This document shows, one piece after another, positions 28,693 to 38,001 of a DNA stretch of 64,000 nucleotides. The stretch is from an uncultured Holophagales bacterium (GTDB lineage: Bacteria; Acidobacteriota; Thermoanaerobaculia; Multivoradales; UBA5704): contig CAWJGT010000009.1 in NCBI GenBank assembly GCA_963842525.1, positions 1,632,001 to 1,696,000 of the forward strand, given 5' to 3'. The stretch's first letter is position 1. Each line of letters starts with the position of its first letter. The notes beneath the pieces are model-generated. The model saw only the letters and a program-made list of their open reading frames with translations, was not told the origin of the DNA and made no database searches. The position numbers and the translations under genes are program-made.

Positions 28693-30756
28693 TCACACCC
28701 CTGCGCCAGAAATCTTCTCCCCCTCTTTCAGCCGCTCCTGGGCTGCCCTGCGTACCCCCTCCGCGATATCGAGGAACGCCTCGTCACGATTGGGCCAAGT
28801 TGTCACAGGCCTACCGTCTTTAGGCAGCACCTGCACCTCAGCCAGTGGTGTTACCTTCCACTCCGAAGGACGCAGAATCACCGGAATGACTCTGGCTTGT
28901 CCCTTCTCGTGCAGTGACAGAGCAAGTTTCCATTCATCCTGACAATGATCCGAAGTTATGGAATCAGGGCTTACCAACAAAAGAACGATATCGGAGTTAT
29001 CCAACTGTCTACTGATCTCCTTCGACCAAGAGTCTCCCGGAATCATGCTCTCATCATACCAAATCTTGATCAGACCTTCCCTTTCAAGCTGTGTCAGAAA
29101 CGCCCTCATCTCCTTCTGTAGCAATTTGTCCTCACGGCTGTAGGAAATAAAGAGCCTGAGGGCTTCCTCGCCGCTTTTGGTTTCGCGCGACCAGCCAACT
29201 CCACCTGCAGCGAGTATCATCAAAAGCGTTGCCACACTTACTCCTAGGGTGCCCTGCAACCAGCTAGGGCTTTGCAAAGAGAATACGGCGAGCGGCAGAA
29301 GTATGGAGACAAGAGAAGCCACCAGGGCTGCGAGAATGCCTTGCCGCCAAATGGTTTGAGCCAGGACATATGCCACGGGCACTGCAGAGATGAAACCGAA
29401 ATAGGATGGCGCCCAAGGTGAAATCAAAGAAATGAGAAGAGCGGCAAGGATGACAGTCGCCAGATGGCTCCGTACGGCGGGAATTGACCTCTTTATGCCG
29501 TCTGCCAGGACCACACAGGCGAGTGGCAGTAGGACATCGATGAAGGCGGTCCGGTTATCGGTCCAGTTATAAAGGGATACGCTTAGACTTTCTGGATGGG
29601 CTCCAGGTGTTGTCACTGCGATTGTCGCAAGGATTAGTCTCACTCCTCCGAGGCCTGCACCTATCGCAAAACCCACCAGGCATTGTCTGGCTTCAGGATG
29701 ATGAAAACGGCCTTGCCGCAGAGAGTCTAGCCTATAAAAGAATCCGCTCGCCGAGCGCCGCATGAGAGATTCCCCGCTCGCCCAGAAAAAGAAAAGAAGA
29801 GCAGCAAAGTAGATGGCGCTGACGGAAGCCGCAATGACGTGAACTAAGTTCCCTCCTCTCTCGCTTGTCATGAAGAAGCTGACTATGACGCTTAAGACCC
29901 CGAGGATGAGCCCATTCGCAGTCGACAATCGCCCCCGTATAGCCAAGAGCAAGAACAAGCTAGCTGAGGCGAAGATGGAAAGGGATGGTATAATCCACAA
30001 TCGAAGAAAGTTTCCCGACGAGATGGCGTCGATCTCGCCGCGGGCATTTTGTACCGTCCCGACGCTTCTTACACAAGACGACGCAGGGCCTGCTGCGAGA
30101 GAATAGGTAAACTGAGGAAGCTGACCGCCGCCTATCGAAGAGGCATCGATTCGGGTAGTAACGAGCCGTGCACCGGGTATTGGATGAAGAATGTCACCTT
30201 TCCAAATACATAGTTCCTTGACCATTTGGGAGATGGGGCGACGAAGCCCACCGGAAGTCTCGTCAGTACCTGGTCCTAGCAACTGCCTTGGGGCCCAAAT
30301 TGCGGACCATGGTCTCCCATCCAGGGAAAATGTGACTGACAGCCAGGCTTCCCTGTCGGTGCCTTGGTCCACCAATTGGGAAATGTCCACCATCAAGGGG
30401 CGTTGCTGCTTGACGATCCAGTCGCTCGCCTCTCCTCCCAAAAGCGAACGAATATAGTTATAGTCCTTCATACGGGAACCGAGGCCAGCTCTCGCACTTT
30501 GGGGGACCGGCACGAATCCTGCCTGAGTCACGAGATCTCGATATCGGTCGAGAAAGAACTCCCTTTCGGGTATTTTCTCGATACGCCATTCCGGAACCCA
30601 CATGCGAACACACGGAAGTGCCAGAAAGAAGAGTGCCAGCCCGCCGATGATCCATAGGAGGACAGTATGCAACTCACTACGCGAGTCCGGCGAAGGCTTA
30701 GTGGTCACGCAAGGAGCCTCATGGTGGTGGTCGGGCGACAAACCTGCTCTGACCAT
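28693..30756 (-). CDS. Multi-pass membrane protein with a C-terminal TIR domain (lower GC)
   Basis: Many hydrophobic segments; TIR motifs LFISYSRED, IWYD, DIVLLLVSPDSITSDHCQDE, VIPVILRP. Start codon uncertain. Confidence 0.85.
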   Translation of the reverse strand: MVRAGLSPDHHHEAPCVTTKPSPDSRSELHTVLLWIIGGLALFFLALPCVRMWVPEWRIEKIPEREFFLDRYRDLVTQAGFVPVPQSARAGLGSRMKDYNYIRSLLGGEASDWIVKQQRPLMVDISQLVDQGTDREAWLSVTFSLDGRPWSAIWAPRQLLGPGTDETSGGLRRPISQMVKELCIWKGDILHPIPGARLVTTRIDASSIGGGQLPQFTYSLAAGPASSCVRSVGTVQNARGEIDAISSGNFLRLWIIPSLSIFASASLFLLLAIRGRLSTANGLILGVLSVIVSFFMTSERGGNLVHVIAASVSAIYFAALLFFFWASGESLMRRSASGFFYRLDSLRQGRFHHPEARQCLVGFAIGAGLGGVRLILATIAVTTPGAHPESLSVSLYNWTDNRTAFIDVLLPLACVVLADGIKRSIPAVRSHLATVILAALLISLISPWAPSYFGFISAVPVAYVLAQTIWRQGILAALVASLVSILLPLAVFSLQSPSWLQGTLGVSVATLLMILAAGGVGWSRETKSGEEALRLFISYSREDKLLQKEMRAFLTQLEREGLIKIWYDESMIPGDSWSKEISRQLDNSDIVLLLVSPDSITSDHCQDEWKLALSLHEKGQARVIPVILRPSEWKVTPLAEVQVLPKDGRPVTTWPNRDEAFLDIAEGVRRAAQERLKEGEKISGAGV

Positions 30757-30767
30757 TATAATAGACT

Positions 30768-31664
30768 ATGCCCATACGGCCCCGGCTCACCCGGCGTACC
30801 TTTGCACTGGGTCTCCTTTCGCTGGCGTGCCCCCTGGGCTTCGTCCTGTTTGCTGGCAGCCTGCTCGCCCGGCCGGTCCCGGCCCGGATCGGGAACCCTC
30901 CACCGGACCTGCGGGCCGAGGCTGTGACCATCCCCAGCCGCTCCGGCAGTGTGCTCGCGGGTTGGCTGTGCCACGCGGAGCGGCCGCGAGGTGCGGTGAT
31001 CCTGATGCACGGCGTGCGGGCGAACCGGCTCAGCCTGGTGGAGCGCGCGCGCCTGTTCCGTGCAGCGGGATACGACGTCCTGGCCTTCGATTTCCAGGCG
31101 CACGGCGAGAGCCCGGGGGAACGGATCACCTTCGGCCATCTTGAAAGCCATGACGCCGAAGCAGCTATCCACTTTGTCCGCTCCCGTTTCCCGGGCCGGC
31201 CCGTGGCCGCCGTCGGCAGCTCCCTGGGCGGCGCCGCCCTTCTCCTGGCGCCTCACCCTCTGCCGCTGGACGCGGTCGTGCTCGAGGCGGTCTATCCAAC
31301 GATCGAAGAGGCGACGGCGAATCGTCTGGCCCTCGTTTTCGGACCCTTGGGGCCGCCTCTGACGCCGCTGCTGACTCTTCAAATGGAGCCGCGGCTGGGC
31401 ATTCCTACGGCGGCTCTGCGCCCGGTCGACCACGTTGGGGACCTGGGCTGTCCGGTCTTCATCCTGTCGGGTATGGAAGATAGCCGCACTCCGCCCGAGG
31501 AGACCCGCCGCCTCTTCGCGAATGCCCGCTCACCCAAGGAGCTCTGGCTTGTGCCCGGCGCCGCCCACGTCGACCTCGCCACCTTCGCCCCGGCCGAGTA
31601 CCGGCGACGTGTGCTGGGATTTCTGGACCGCGCCTTGAGACATCGATCGCAGGCTGTTCGCTGA
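30768..31664 (+). CDS. Alpha/beta hydrolase
   Basis: MHGV, FDFQAHGES, GSSLGG, GAAH. Confidence 0.9.
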   Translation: MPIRPRLTRRTFALGLLSLACPLGFVLFAGSLLARPVPARIGNPPPDLRAEAVTIPSRSGSVLAGWLCHAERPRGAVILMHGVRANRLSLVERARLFRAAGYDVLAFDFQAHGESPGERITFGHLESHDAEAAIHFVRSRFPGRPVAAVGSSLGGAALLLAPHPLPLDAVVLEAVYPTIEEATANRLALVFGPLGPPLTPLLTLQMEPRLGIPTAALRPVDHVGDLGCPVFILSGMEDSRTPPEETRRLFANARSPKELWLVPGAAHVDLATFAPAEYRRRVLGFLDRALRHRSQAVR

Positions 31665-31775
31665 GCCGCCGGTTTCCCCTTCGCAACTGAAAACGCTGTA
31701 TGCTGGACGTGGCTCCCCGGCGGCCTGGGGGAGGCCTGGTGCCGGCTGGTGGGAGCGCGCCGAAAGGAGGCGGGT

Positions 31776-32360
31776 ATGGGCACCAGACACTTCGGCAGAT
31801 CCTCAGCAACGCTTCGTTGGCTGGTCATGGCCGGTTTCGCTGTGCTGGCAGTGGCTCCGGCGGCGGCCCAGGACAGGGTGAGGGAACACTTCACCGCAAC
31901 CCTGGCCGTCCCGGCGTCCGCGCCCGGGCAGCCGACCACGGCCCCTGTGCACATCTACATCTACGGCTACTCCACGGACCAGGAGGTCCAGAACCTGGCC
32001 AAGATCCTGGCGGACAAGGGACCGGACGCCCTGCAGGAGGCCCTGTTTGACCTGGAGAAGGGATGGATCCGTATCGGCAACAGCCTCGGCTATCCGATCG
32101 CGGTCGCCCGCTCCAAGCCCACCGAGCAGGGCCGGCGCATCATCCTGGTGGCCGATCGGCCGATCGATTTCCTGGAGGCATGGCACGGAGCGCGGTCCCT
32201 GGACTATCCCTTCGCCTACCTCGAGCTCCGCCTCGGCAAGGACGGCAAGGGCGAGGGCGACATGATCCCCGCGGCTAAGATCCGGATGTCAGGGAGTGCT
32301 ATTGACGTCGAAAACTACAGCTTCCAGCCGGGCAAGCTCCTCGGCGTCTCGGTGCGATAA
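31776..32360 (+). CDS. Secreted hypothetical protein
   Basis: Signal peptide ending APAAA-Q; typical codon usage. Confidence 0.75.
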   Translation: MGTRHFGRSSATLRWLVMAGFAVLAVAPAAAQDRVREHFTATLAVPASAPGQPTTAPVHIYIYGYSTDQEVQNLAKILADKGPDALQEALFDLEKGWIRIGNSLGYPIAVARSKPTEQGRRIILVADRPIDFLEAWHGARSLDYPFAYLELRLGKDGKGEGDMIPAAKIRMSGSAIDVENYSFQPGKLLGVSVR

Positions 32361-32369
32361 AGTCGTCGG

Positions 32370-33416
32370 GTGAGAGCCCTGGTCTTCGACGGAGTCCGGC
32401 AGGTGCGGCACGCGGACGTGCCTGATCCCGGCCTCCGGGAGCCAGGAGACGTCATCGTACGGGTCCGGGCAGCCGCGATCTGCGGCTCGGACCTGCACGT
32501 CTTTCGCGGCAATGAGACCGGCCTCGACGCCGGCACCGTGATGGGCCACGAATTCGCCGGCGAGGTGGTCGCGGCCGGCCCGGGGGTGGCGGCGTTCCGT
32601 CCCGGCGACCTCGTGGTCAGCCCTTTCACCACGAGCTGTGGATCCTGCTTCTACTGCCGGTCGGGGCTCACCGCCCGCTGCGCCCGGGGCCAGCTCTTCG
32701 GCTGGGTGGAGCAGGGAAGGGGCCTCCACGGGGTCCAGGCCGAGCTGGCCCGGGTCCCCATGGCCGACACGACCCTGGTGGCGGTCCCGCAGGACACTCC
32801 CCTGGAGCAGGCGCTCTTCGCGGGTGACAACCTTGCGACCGGCTGGTTCGGCGCCGAGAGCGCCGGCATCGGCCCCGGCACGACGGCGGCGGTCGTGGGC
32901 TGCGGCCCGGTCGGCCTGATGGCCGTGATCGCCGCCCGCGAGCTCGGGGCCGGGCGGATCTTCGCTCTGGATACGGTCCCCGAGCGGCTCTCTCTCGCCG
33001 AGCGGTTCGGAGCTGAGCCGGTCGACATCGGGAGGGACGATCCCATCCAAACCCTCCGGGAGGCGACGGAAGGGCGGGGGGCCGACGCCGTGGTGGAGGC
33101 CGTTGGGAGCCCGGACGCCAGCCGGCTCGCCTTTGGCCTCGTCCGCCCCGGGGGTGCGATCGCCGCCGTCGGCGTCCACACTGAGCACCACTTCGCCATC
33201 TCTCCGGGAGAGGCCTACGACAAGAATCTCACCTACCGGACCGGCCGCGCCCCGGCGCGTGCTTATATGGAGAGGCTGCTCCCCCTGGTTCGATCCGGGA
33301 AGTACGACCTCGGCGCCTTGATCTCGCACCGCCTCCCCCTCGCCGAAGGCGCGCGCGGCTACGACCTCTTCGACCGGCGGCTGGAGGGGTGTACGAAGGT
33401 GGTGCTGATACTGTAG
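32370..33416 (+). CDS. Zinc-dependent alcohol dehydrogenase (MDR family)
   Basis: ICGSDLH, MGHEFAG, CGSCFYC, VGCGPVG. Confidence 0.93.
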   Translation: MRALVFDGVRQVRHADVPDPGLREPGDVIVRVRAAAICGSDLHVFRGNETGLDAGTVMGHEFAGEVVAAGPGVAAFRPGDLVVSPFTTSCGSCFYCRSGLTARCARGQLFGWVEQGRGLHGVQAELARVPMADTTLVAVPQDTPLEQALFAGDNLATGWFGAESAGIGPGTTAAVVGCGPVGLMAVIAARELGAGRIFALDTVPERLSLAERFGAEPVDIGRDDPIQTLREATEGRGADAVVEAVGSPDASRLAFGLVRPGGAIAAVGVHTEHHFAISPGEAYDKNLTYRTGRAPARAYMERLLPLVRSGKYDLGALISHRLPLAEGARGYDLFDRRLEGCTKVVLIL

Positions 33417-33451
33417 GAAGCGATCGGCCACAAACCCCGGAGATTCGCCCC

Positions 33452-34807
33452 ATGCCCAACGACCTCTGTTTCGTCCTCATGCCCTTCGGCCAGAAACCCG
33501 ACGTTTCCGGGAAGGTCATCGATTTCGATGTGGTCTATCGAGACCTCATCGCGCCGGCGATTTCGGAGGCCGGCCTCGTACCTCTGCGTGCTGACGAGGA
33601 GATGTCGGGAGGCATCATCCACAAGCCGATGTTCGAGCGGTTGATTTTCTGCGAGTACGCGGTCGGCGACCTGACCACCGCCAACGCCAATGTCTTCTAC
33701 GAGTTGGGTGTCCGCCACGCCGTGCGGCCTTGCAGCACCGTTCTCCTTTTCGCGGAAGGCGGAGGCCGGCTCCCGTTCGATGTCGCGCCGCTCCGTGCCA
33801 TGTCGTATGCCCTGACGCCGGAAGGGGGGCCAGGAAATGTGGATGCCGCGCGCGCGGCTCTGGTAAAACGGCTGCAGAGCGCGCAGAAAGACGTCCGAAA
33901 ATATCCACCCGAAAGGGAGAGCCCTCTTTTCCAGCTTGTCGAGGGCTATACAGGCGTGGCGATCGATCATGCCAAGACGGACGAATTTCGCGAAGCCGTC
34001 CGCTATTCAACCGAGCAGAAGGAGAAGCTTGCGTCGGCGCGCAAAGAGGGGGCGGAAGCTCTGCATGCGGTCGAAGCGAACCTCGGTGATTTCACGAGGA
34101 TCGAAACGGGCGTCCTCATCGATCTTCTCCTGTCCTATCGAGCGGTCAAGGCGTGGGATCGCATGATCGACCTGGTCAAGAAAATGCCCGAGCCGCTCGG
34201 GACGACGACGATGGTCCAGGAGCAGCTCGGCTTTGCGCTCAACCGGGCAGGCCGGGGAGAGGACGCCGAGAAGGTGTTGCTGGAGCTCATCGAGAAGCGC
34301 GGCCCGAGCAGCGAGACCTACGGCCTCCTGGGCCGCGTCTACAAGGACCGCTGGGAGGCGGCGGCAAAGGCTGGCAAGACCATGCAGGCGCGCGGCGTCC
34401 TCGACAAGGCGATCGACGCCTATTTGAAAGGTTTCGAGGCTGACTGGCGCGATGCCTACCCGGGCATCAATGCCGTCACCCTCATGGAGCTCAAAGAGCC
34501 GCCGGACCCGCGCCGTCTGGAGATCCTCCCCGTCGTCTCGTATGCGGTCGAGCGCAAGATCGCCGCCGGCAAGCCCGACTATTGGGATTACGCCACCCGC
34601 CTCGAGTTGGCCACCCTGGCAAAGGACAAGGAGAAGGCGGAAAAGGCTCTCTCCGATGCTCTGGCCGTGGTGCGCGAGACCTGGGAGCCCGAGACCACCT
34701 TGCGCAATCTCCGCCTCATCCGCGAGGCGCGAGAACGGCGGGGCGAGGACGTTCCGTGGGCCAAGGATGTCGAGCAAGAGCTCGCGCAGGCGACCCCTCA
34801 GGGCTGA
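33452..34807 (+). CDS. Nucleoside deoxyribosyltransferase-like domain plus DUF4071/TRAFs-binding TPR region
   Basis: CFVLMPFG, DLTTANANVFYELGVRHA, LPFDV; SSETYGLLGRVYKD, DAYPGINA, DYWDYAT. Confidence 0.85.
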   Translation: MPNDLCFVLMPFGQKPDVSGKVIDFDVVYRDLIAPAISEAGLVPLRADEEMSGGIIHKPMFERLIFCEYAVGDLTTANANVFYELGVRHAVRPCSTVLLFAEGGGRLPFDVAPLRAMSYALTPEGGPGNVDAARAALVKRLQSAQKDVRKYPPERESPLFQLVEGYTGVAIDHAKTDEFREAVRYSTEQKEKLASARKEGAEALHAVEANLGDFTRIETGVLIDLLLSYRAVKAWDRMIDLVKKMPEPLGTTTMVQEQLGFALNRAGRGEDAEKVLLELIEKRGPSSETYGLLGRVYKDRWEAAAKAGKTMQARGVLDKAIDAYLKGFEADWRDAYPGINAVTLMELKEPPDPRRLEILPVVSYAVERKIAAGKPDYWDYATRLELATLAKDKEKAEKALSDALAVVRETWEPETTLRNLRLIREARERRGEDVPWAKDVEQELAQATPQG

Positions 34808-35526
34808 TCCGCCGGCTTTTTATAGACGTCCGGCCGTGAGATCTCCATGTGGTACTCCCAGACGGGAGGGGCGCGGTGCTGACCATGAAGCCGCGCGGCA
34901 GCGATCGCAAGCCGTATGGGCATGATCACGAAGGCAAAGGCATGGAAGTGCAACGCGAAGGTGAGATGGTCCAGATAGCGATACCCATGGCGCAGGTACA
35001 ACAGCGTGAGCAGCAGAGCGAAGATGGGAAGGAGGAGGAAGAACGCCCGGGGCAGGTTCGCCGCGAACATTTTGCCGAATCCCGTCTGGTCTGCCTCGGC
35101 TTTCGAGAGCCTCCGACCGACCCACGACGAGGGGCTCTCGGCCTGAGCGGAGACCGGCTTCGCCGTGTTGCTTTCCGCGGGCCGGTCTGACGAACGGAAC
35201 AACAGATTGAGGGCCGCTGTAGGCCAGATCGCCATCACACCGAAACAGACAAGCGCCGCCAGCATGTAGAGCCGCAGCGGCCGTACATACGGGGCGCGAC
35301 GTCCGACCAGATACTCGCGGGTGAGCCGGCCGGGCCGGAAGAGCAGGGGACCGATCGTCCGCAGCAGCCGGGTGTCCAGGCTGAGGACGTCGTCCAGGTA
35401 GTCCGAGGCCATGCGCCGCAGGGGGCGCTTGAGGTCGACCGCCTCCTGGCCGCACCGCGAGCAGAAGTCTCTCAGGAGCTTCTCGCCGCAGTTGAGGCAG
35501 GCGGGCTCGGGTCTAGCGTCCGGCAC
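34798..35526 (-). CDS. DUF3667 membrane protein (possibly C-terminally truncated)
   Basis: CLNCG...CSRCGQ, PGRLTREYLVGRRAPYVRPLRLY, HLTFALHFHAF. Confidence 0.85.
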   Translation of the reverse strand: MPDARPEPACLNCGEKLLRDFCSRCGQEAVDLKRPLRRMASDYLDDVLSLDTRLLRTIGPLLFRPGRLTREYLVGRRAPYVRPLRLYMLAALVCFGVMAIWPTAALNLLFRSSDRPAESNTAKPVSAQAESPSSWVGRRLSKAEADQTGFGKMFAANLPRAFFLLLPIFALLLTLLYLRHGYRYLDHLTFALHFHAFAFVIMPIRLAIAAARLHGQHRAPPVWEYHMEISRPDVYKKPADQP

Positions 35527-35568
35527 GGTGAGATGATCGCACGACTGGGAGAGCCTGGGCGTCTAGAT

Positions 35569-36120
35569 CTAGAAGAAATACAACGTGACCGGGATCATTG
35601 CCAGCATGGCGACGATGAAGGCGATGAAATAGAAGAAGACCAGGCCTCCCGGGGGTTCGCCTTCGCCTTCTCGCTGGCTCGATTCAGGCGCTGTGCCAGG
35701 GCCGATTCACCCCGCAGCTTTGGCAGCACGATTCTGGTGCCTCCTCCGGGAGGAGGCGCCTTGCTGACGTCCTGAACCACGGCAACCTCGACCTTCCCAC
35801 GTGCCGGCAACAGTGCCGTCAGGCCGACGAAGAGCAGGGTGGAGAGGAGGAAGAGGCGCAACGGCGGCGCATAGCGGGCGCGACGCCCTGCGAGGTACTC
35901 ACGGGTCAGCAACCCCGGCCGCAGGAGGAGCGGCCGGATCGAGCGCAGCAGTCGGGTGTCCAGATCGAGGACGTCGTCGAAGAAGTCGCCGACGATCTGC
36001 CGCAAGGGACGGTGGAGGTCGACCACCTGCTGGCCGCACCGCCAGCAGTAGCCGCCGAGAAGCGTCTCGTCGCAGTTGAGGCAGACGGGGCCCGCCTTTT
36101 GGAGCTTCTGGATCGGCCAC
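35569..36120 (-). pseudogene. Second DUF3667 paralog, frameshifted and internally deleted
   Basis: CLNCD...CWRCGQ and PGLLTREYLAGRRARYAPPLRL; start and C-terminal TM (GLVFFYFIAFIVAMLAMIPVTLYFF) lie in other frames. Confidence 0.65.
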
Positions 36121-36182
36121 CGTCCGAGCTTACCACTCCGGCAGGCCCTTGAGCTTCTGGAGCCCGGCGTCACCTCCCAGAC

Positions 36183-36566
36183 TCATTTTTCGGCGTCGAT
36201 CTTCCAACTCCCCTCTTCCTTGATGAGCTTGACCTTTTCGGTATCGATCGAGCCGTTGCCGAACACCAGCTTCACTTGGGCATCGGCGATTTCACCGGTG
36301 ACGTTGACCTCCGTCACCTCGAGCGATTTGACGCCTCCCTTTTGCTGCATGTCGCGCGCTACCTCGGCCAACCCACTCTTCATCTTCTCCTCCCCGAGCG
36401 TCTTGGTGATCCGGCTGGAAAGCAGCGACATTGCCTCTTCGAGGTTCCCCTTTTCGATGGCGCGATAGAACTTCTTGACGACGGCCTCAGGCCCCCCCAG
36501 CTGACAGCCGGCAACGAGCCACAGGACCGACAGAGCGAAACAGACCGTCCGACAGAGCCTCTTCAT
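36183..36566 (-). CDS. DUF4878-like (NTF2-like) lipoprotein
   Basis: Lipobox VAGC; GPEAVVKKFYRAI...KLIKEEGSWKI. Confidence 0.85.
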   Translation of the reverse strand: MKRLCRTVCFALSVLWLVAGCQLGGPEAVVKKFYRAIEKGNLEEAMSLLSSRITKTLGEEKMKSGLAEVARDMQQKGGVKSLEVTEVNVTGEIADAQVKLVFGNGSIDTEKVKLIKEEGSWKIDAEK

Positions 36567-37255
36567 GGATTCTCCTCGTTCCGATCGACGTAGCGGTGAT
36601 AGTGAACCTGGCTGAGATGGGGGCTTTCGGCCAGGGTGCTTGGGAGGATGAAGACCCCCTTCTTCAGAGGGAGTGAAAGATGCTTGAACCTGCCGTCCAC
36701 GAGATCCGTTCCCGCGGCGAGAAAAGCGCGCCAGACGAGCTCGGTGCAATACAGGCGAGCCGGTGTTTCGAGGCTGAAGCCATCGTCGAAAGGCCTCTCC
36801 TCCCGGAAATAGGCAACAGCGATTCGGCTCGCCGCCGTGGGAATGCGTGAAGCCGGATCGGCGAAACGGTAGATGGCAAGCTCGGAGGCATTCGCCGGGG
36901 AGGTGAATTCGGAGAATGGCTCGACCATCACCTTCCCGCTTCCCGGAGAGGAGTCGTGGGGGAGCACATGGATGACGGCGGGCACTCCCCCGATCCGTAC
37001 GACGATGCCGGCATGTGAGAACCGGCTTGCCGGATCCGATGCGAGAACGACGGCGCTTGCCAGATCGCGGCCACGCCGCAGGACGATGTCGCCGGGCCGG
37101 AGGTCTCTCGGGGCCGCTTCCCCGAAGGCAGGAGGAGCTTCCGCGTGCAGCCATCCGCGGGCTCCCCAGGCGAGAACGATCAGAAAGGCGCCTGCCGCAG
37201 CCAGGCGCAGCTCTCGGAGCCCTGCGGCTCCGCCAGGGAAGAGTGGCCGTCCCAT
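36563..37255 (-). CDS. Permuted papain-like NlpC/P60 amidase (YiiX/YebB family)
   Basis: LRPGDIVLRRG, FSHAGIV (His), LYCTELVW (Cys); N-terminal hydrophobic segment. Confidence 0.88.
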   Translation of the reverse strand: MGRPLFPGGAAGLRELRLAAAGAFLIVLAWGARGWLHAEAPPAFGEAAPRDLRPGDIVLRRGRDLASAVVLASDPASRFSHAGIVVRIGGVPAVIHVLPHDSSPGSGKVMVEPFSEFTSPANASELAIYRFADPASRIPTAASRIAVAYFREERPFDDGFSLETPARLYCTELVWRAFLAAGTDLVDGRFKHLSLPLKKGVFILPSTLAESPHLSQVHYHRYVDRNEENP

Positions 37256-37257
37256 GG

Positions 37258-37997
37258 TCACGCCTGGCGGCCGACGAACACGAGCGCCTCGGGATCGGCA
37301 CGGGTTGCGAACAGGCGAGGCTCTCCATGGGAGCCGGAGCCGGCGAGCTTTGACTGCACACAGGCCAGGCCGAACGCCTTGCGGACGCTCTCGCCTTGAC
37401 CGAGCGCATGGTAAAAGGACCATGCGAAGCCGATGGCCGCCGTGTCGTCGATGGCGGTCGACATTCCCACCGTACATTCGATGTGCTCGGCGAGAGCCTT
37501 TGCTTGAGCCTCCGAGTGGCACGCGTTCAGCACGACGCACCGGATGCTGCCACGGGCCAGTGCGAAGGCTCTGCCAGGGAGCCGACCGAATCGTGCGCGG
37601 GGGGAGCAGGGGAATCGGTGTTCTCGACCGTGAGATGGCGCAAGCCGGACGAGGGCTCGAAGACCAGCCCCTCCTCTTCCCCATGCCCGCTGAAGTGGAC
37701 GATGTCCGGTCGATAGCGGAGCAGAGAATCCTGGATCTCCGCGGGTCCGACGGCCCAGCTCTGCTGGAGCTCGAAGCGGTCGTGCAGCCCGCTCGCCTGT
37801 AAGGCCCGCCCGATCGCCTGGATTTCACGATCCAGCCGGAGCCGGGTGGTGTCGGCAGGGTTGGCCGCTAGGAAAAGCACCCGGACACCACGGCGCTGGT
37901 CGGTGGTTTCTCCCCCGGTCAGGATGTGCTGCTCGACCGAGCCGCCGATTGAGATTGTGCCCGAGCCGGTGGCCGTGATGTTGTTGTTGTGGCTCAT
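37258..37997 (-). CDS. Small CHAT (caspase-like) protease with an N-terminal N/G/S/T-rich motif; 1-bp frameshift near 37572
   Basis: LFLAANP...LRLDREI, PDIVHFSGHG (His), then VVLNACHS (Cys) and FYHAL in the adjacent frame. Confidence 0.85.
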
Positions 37998-38001
37998 TGG
38001 A

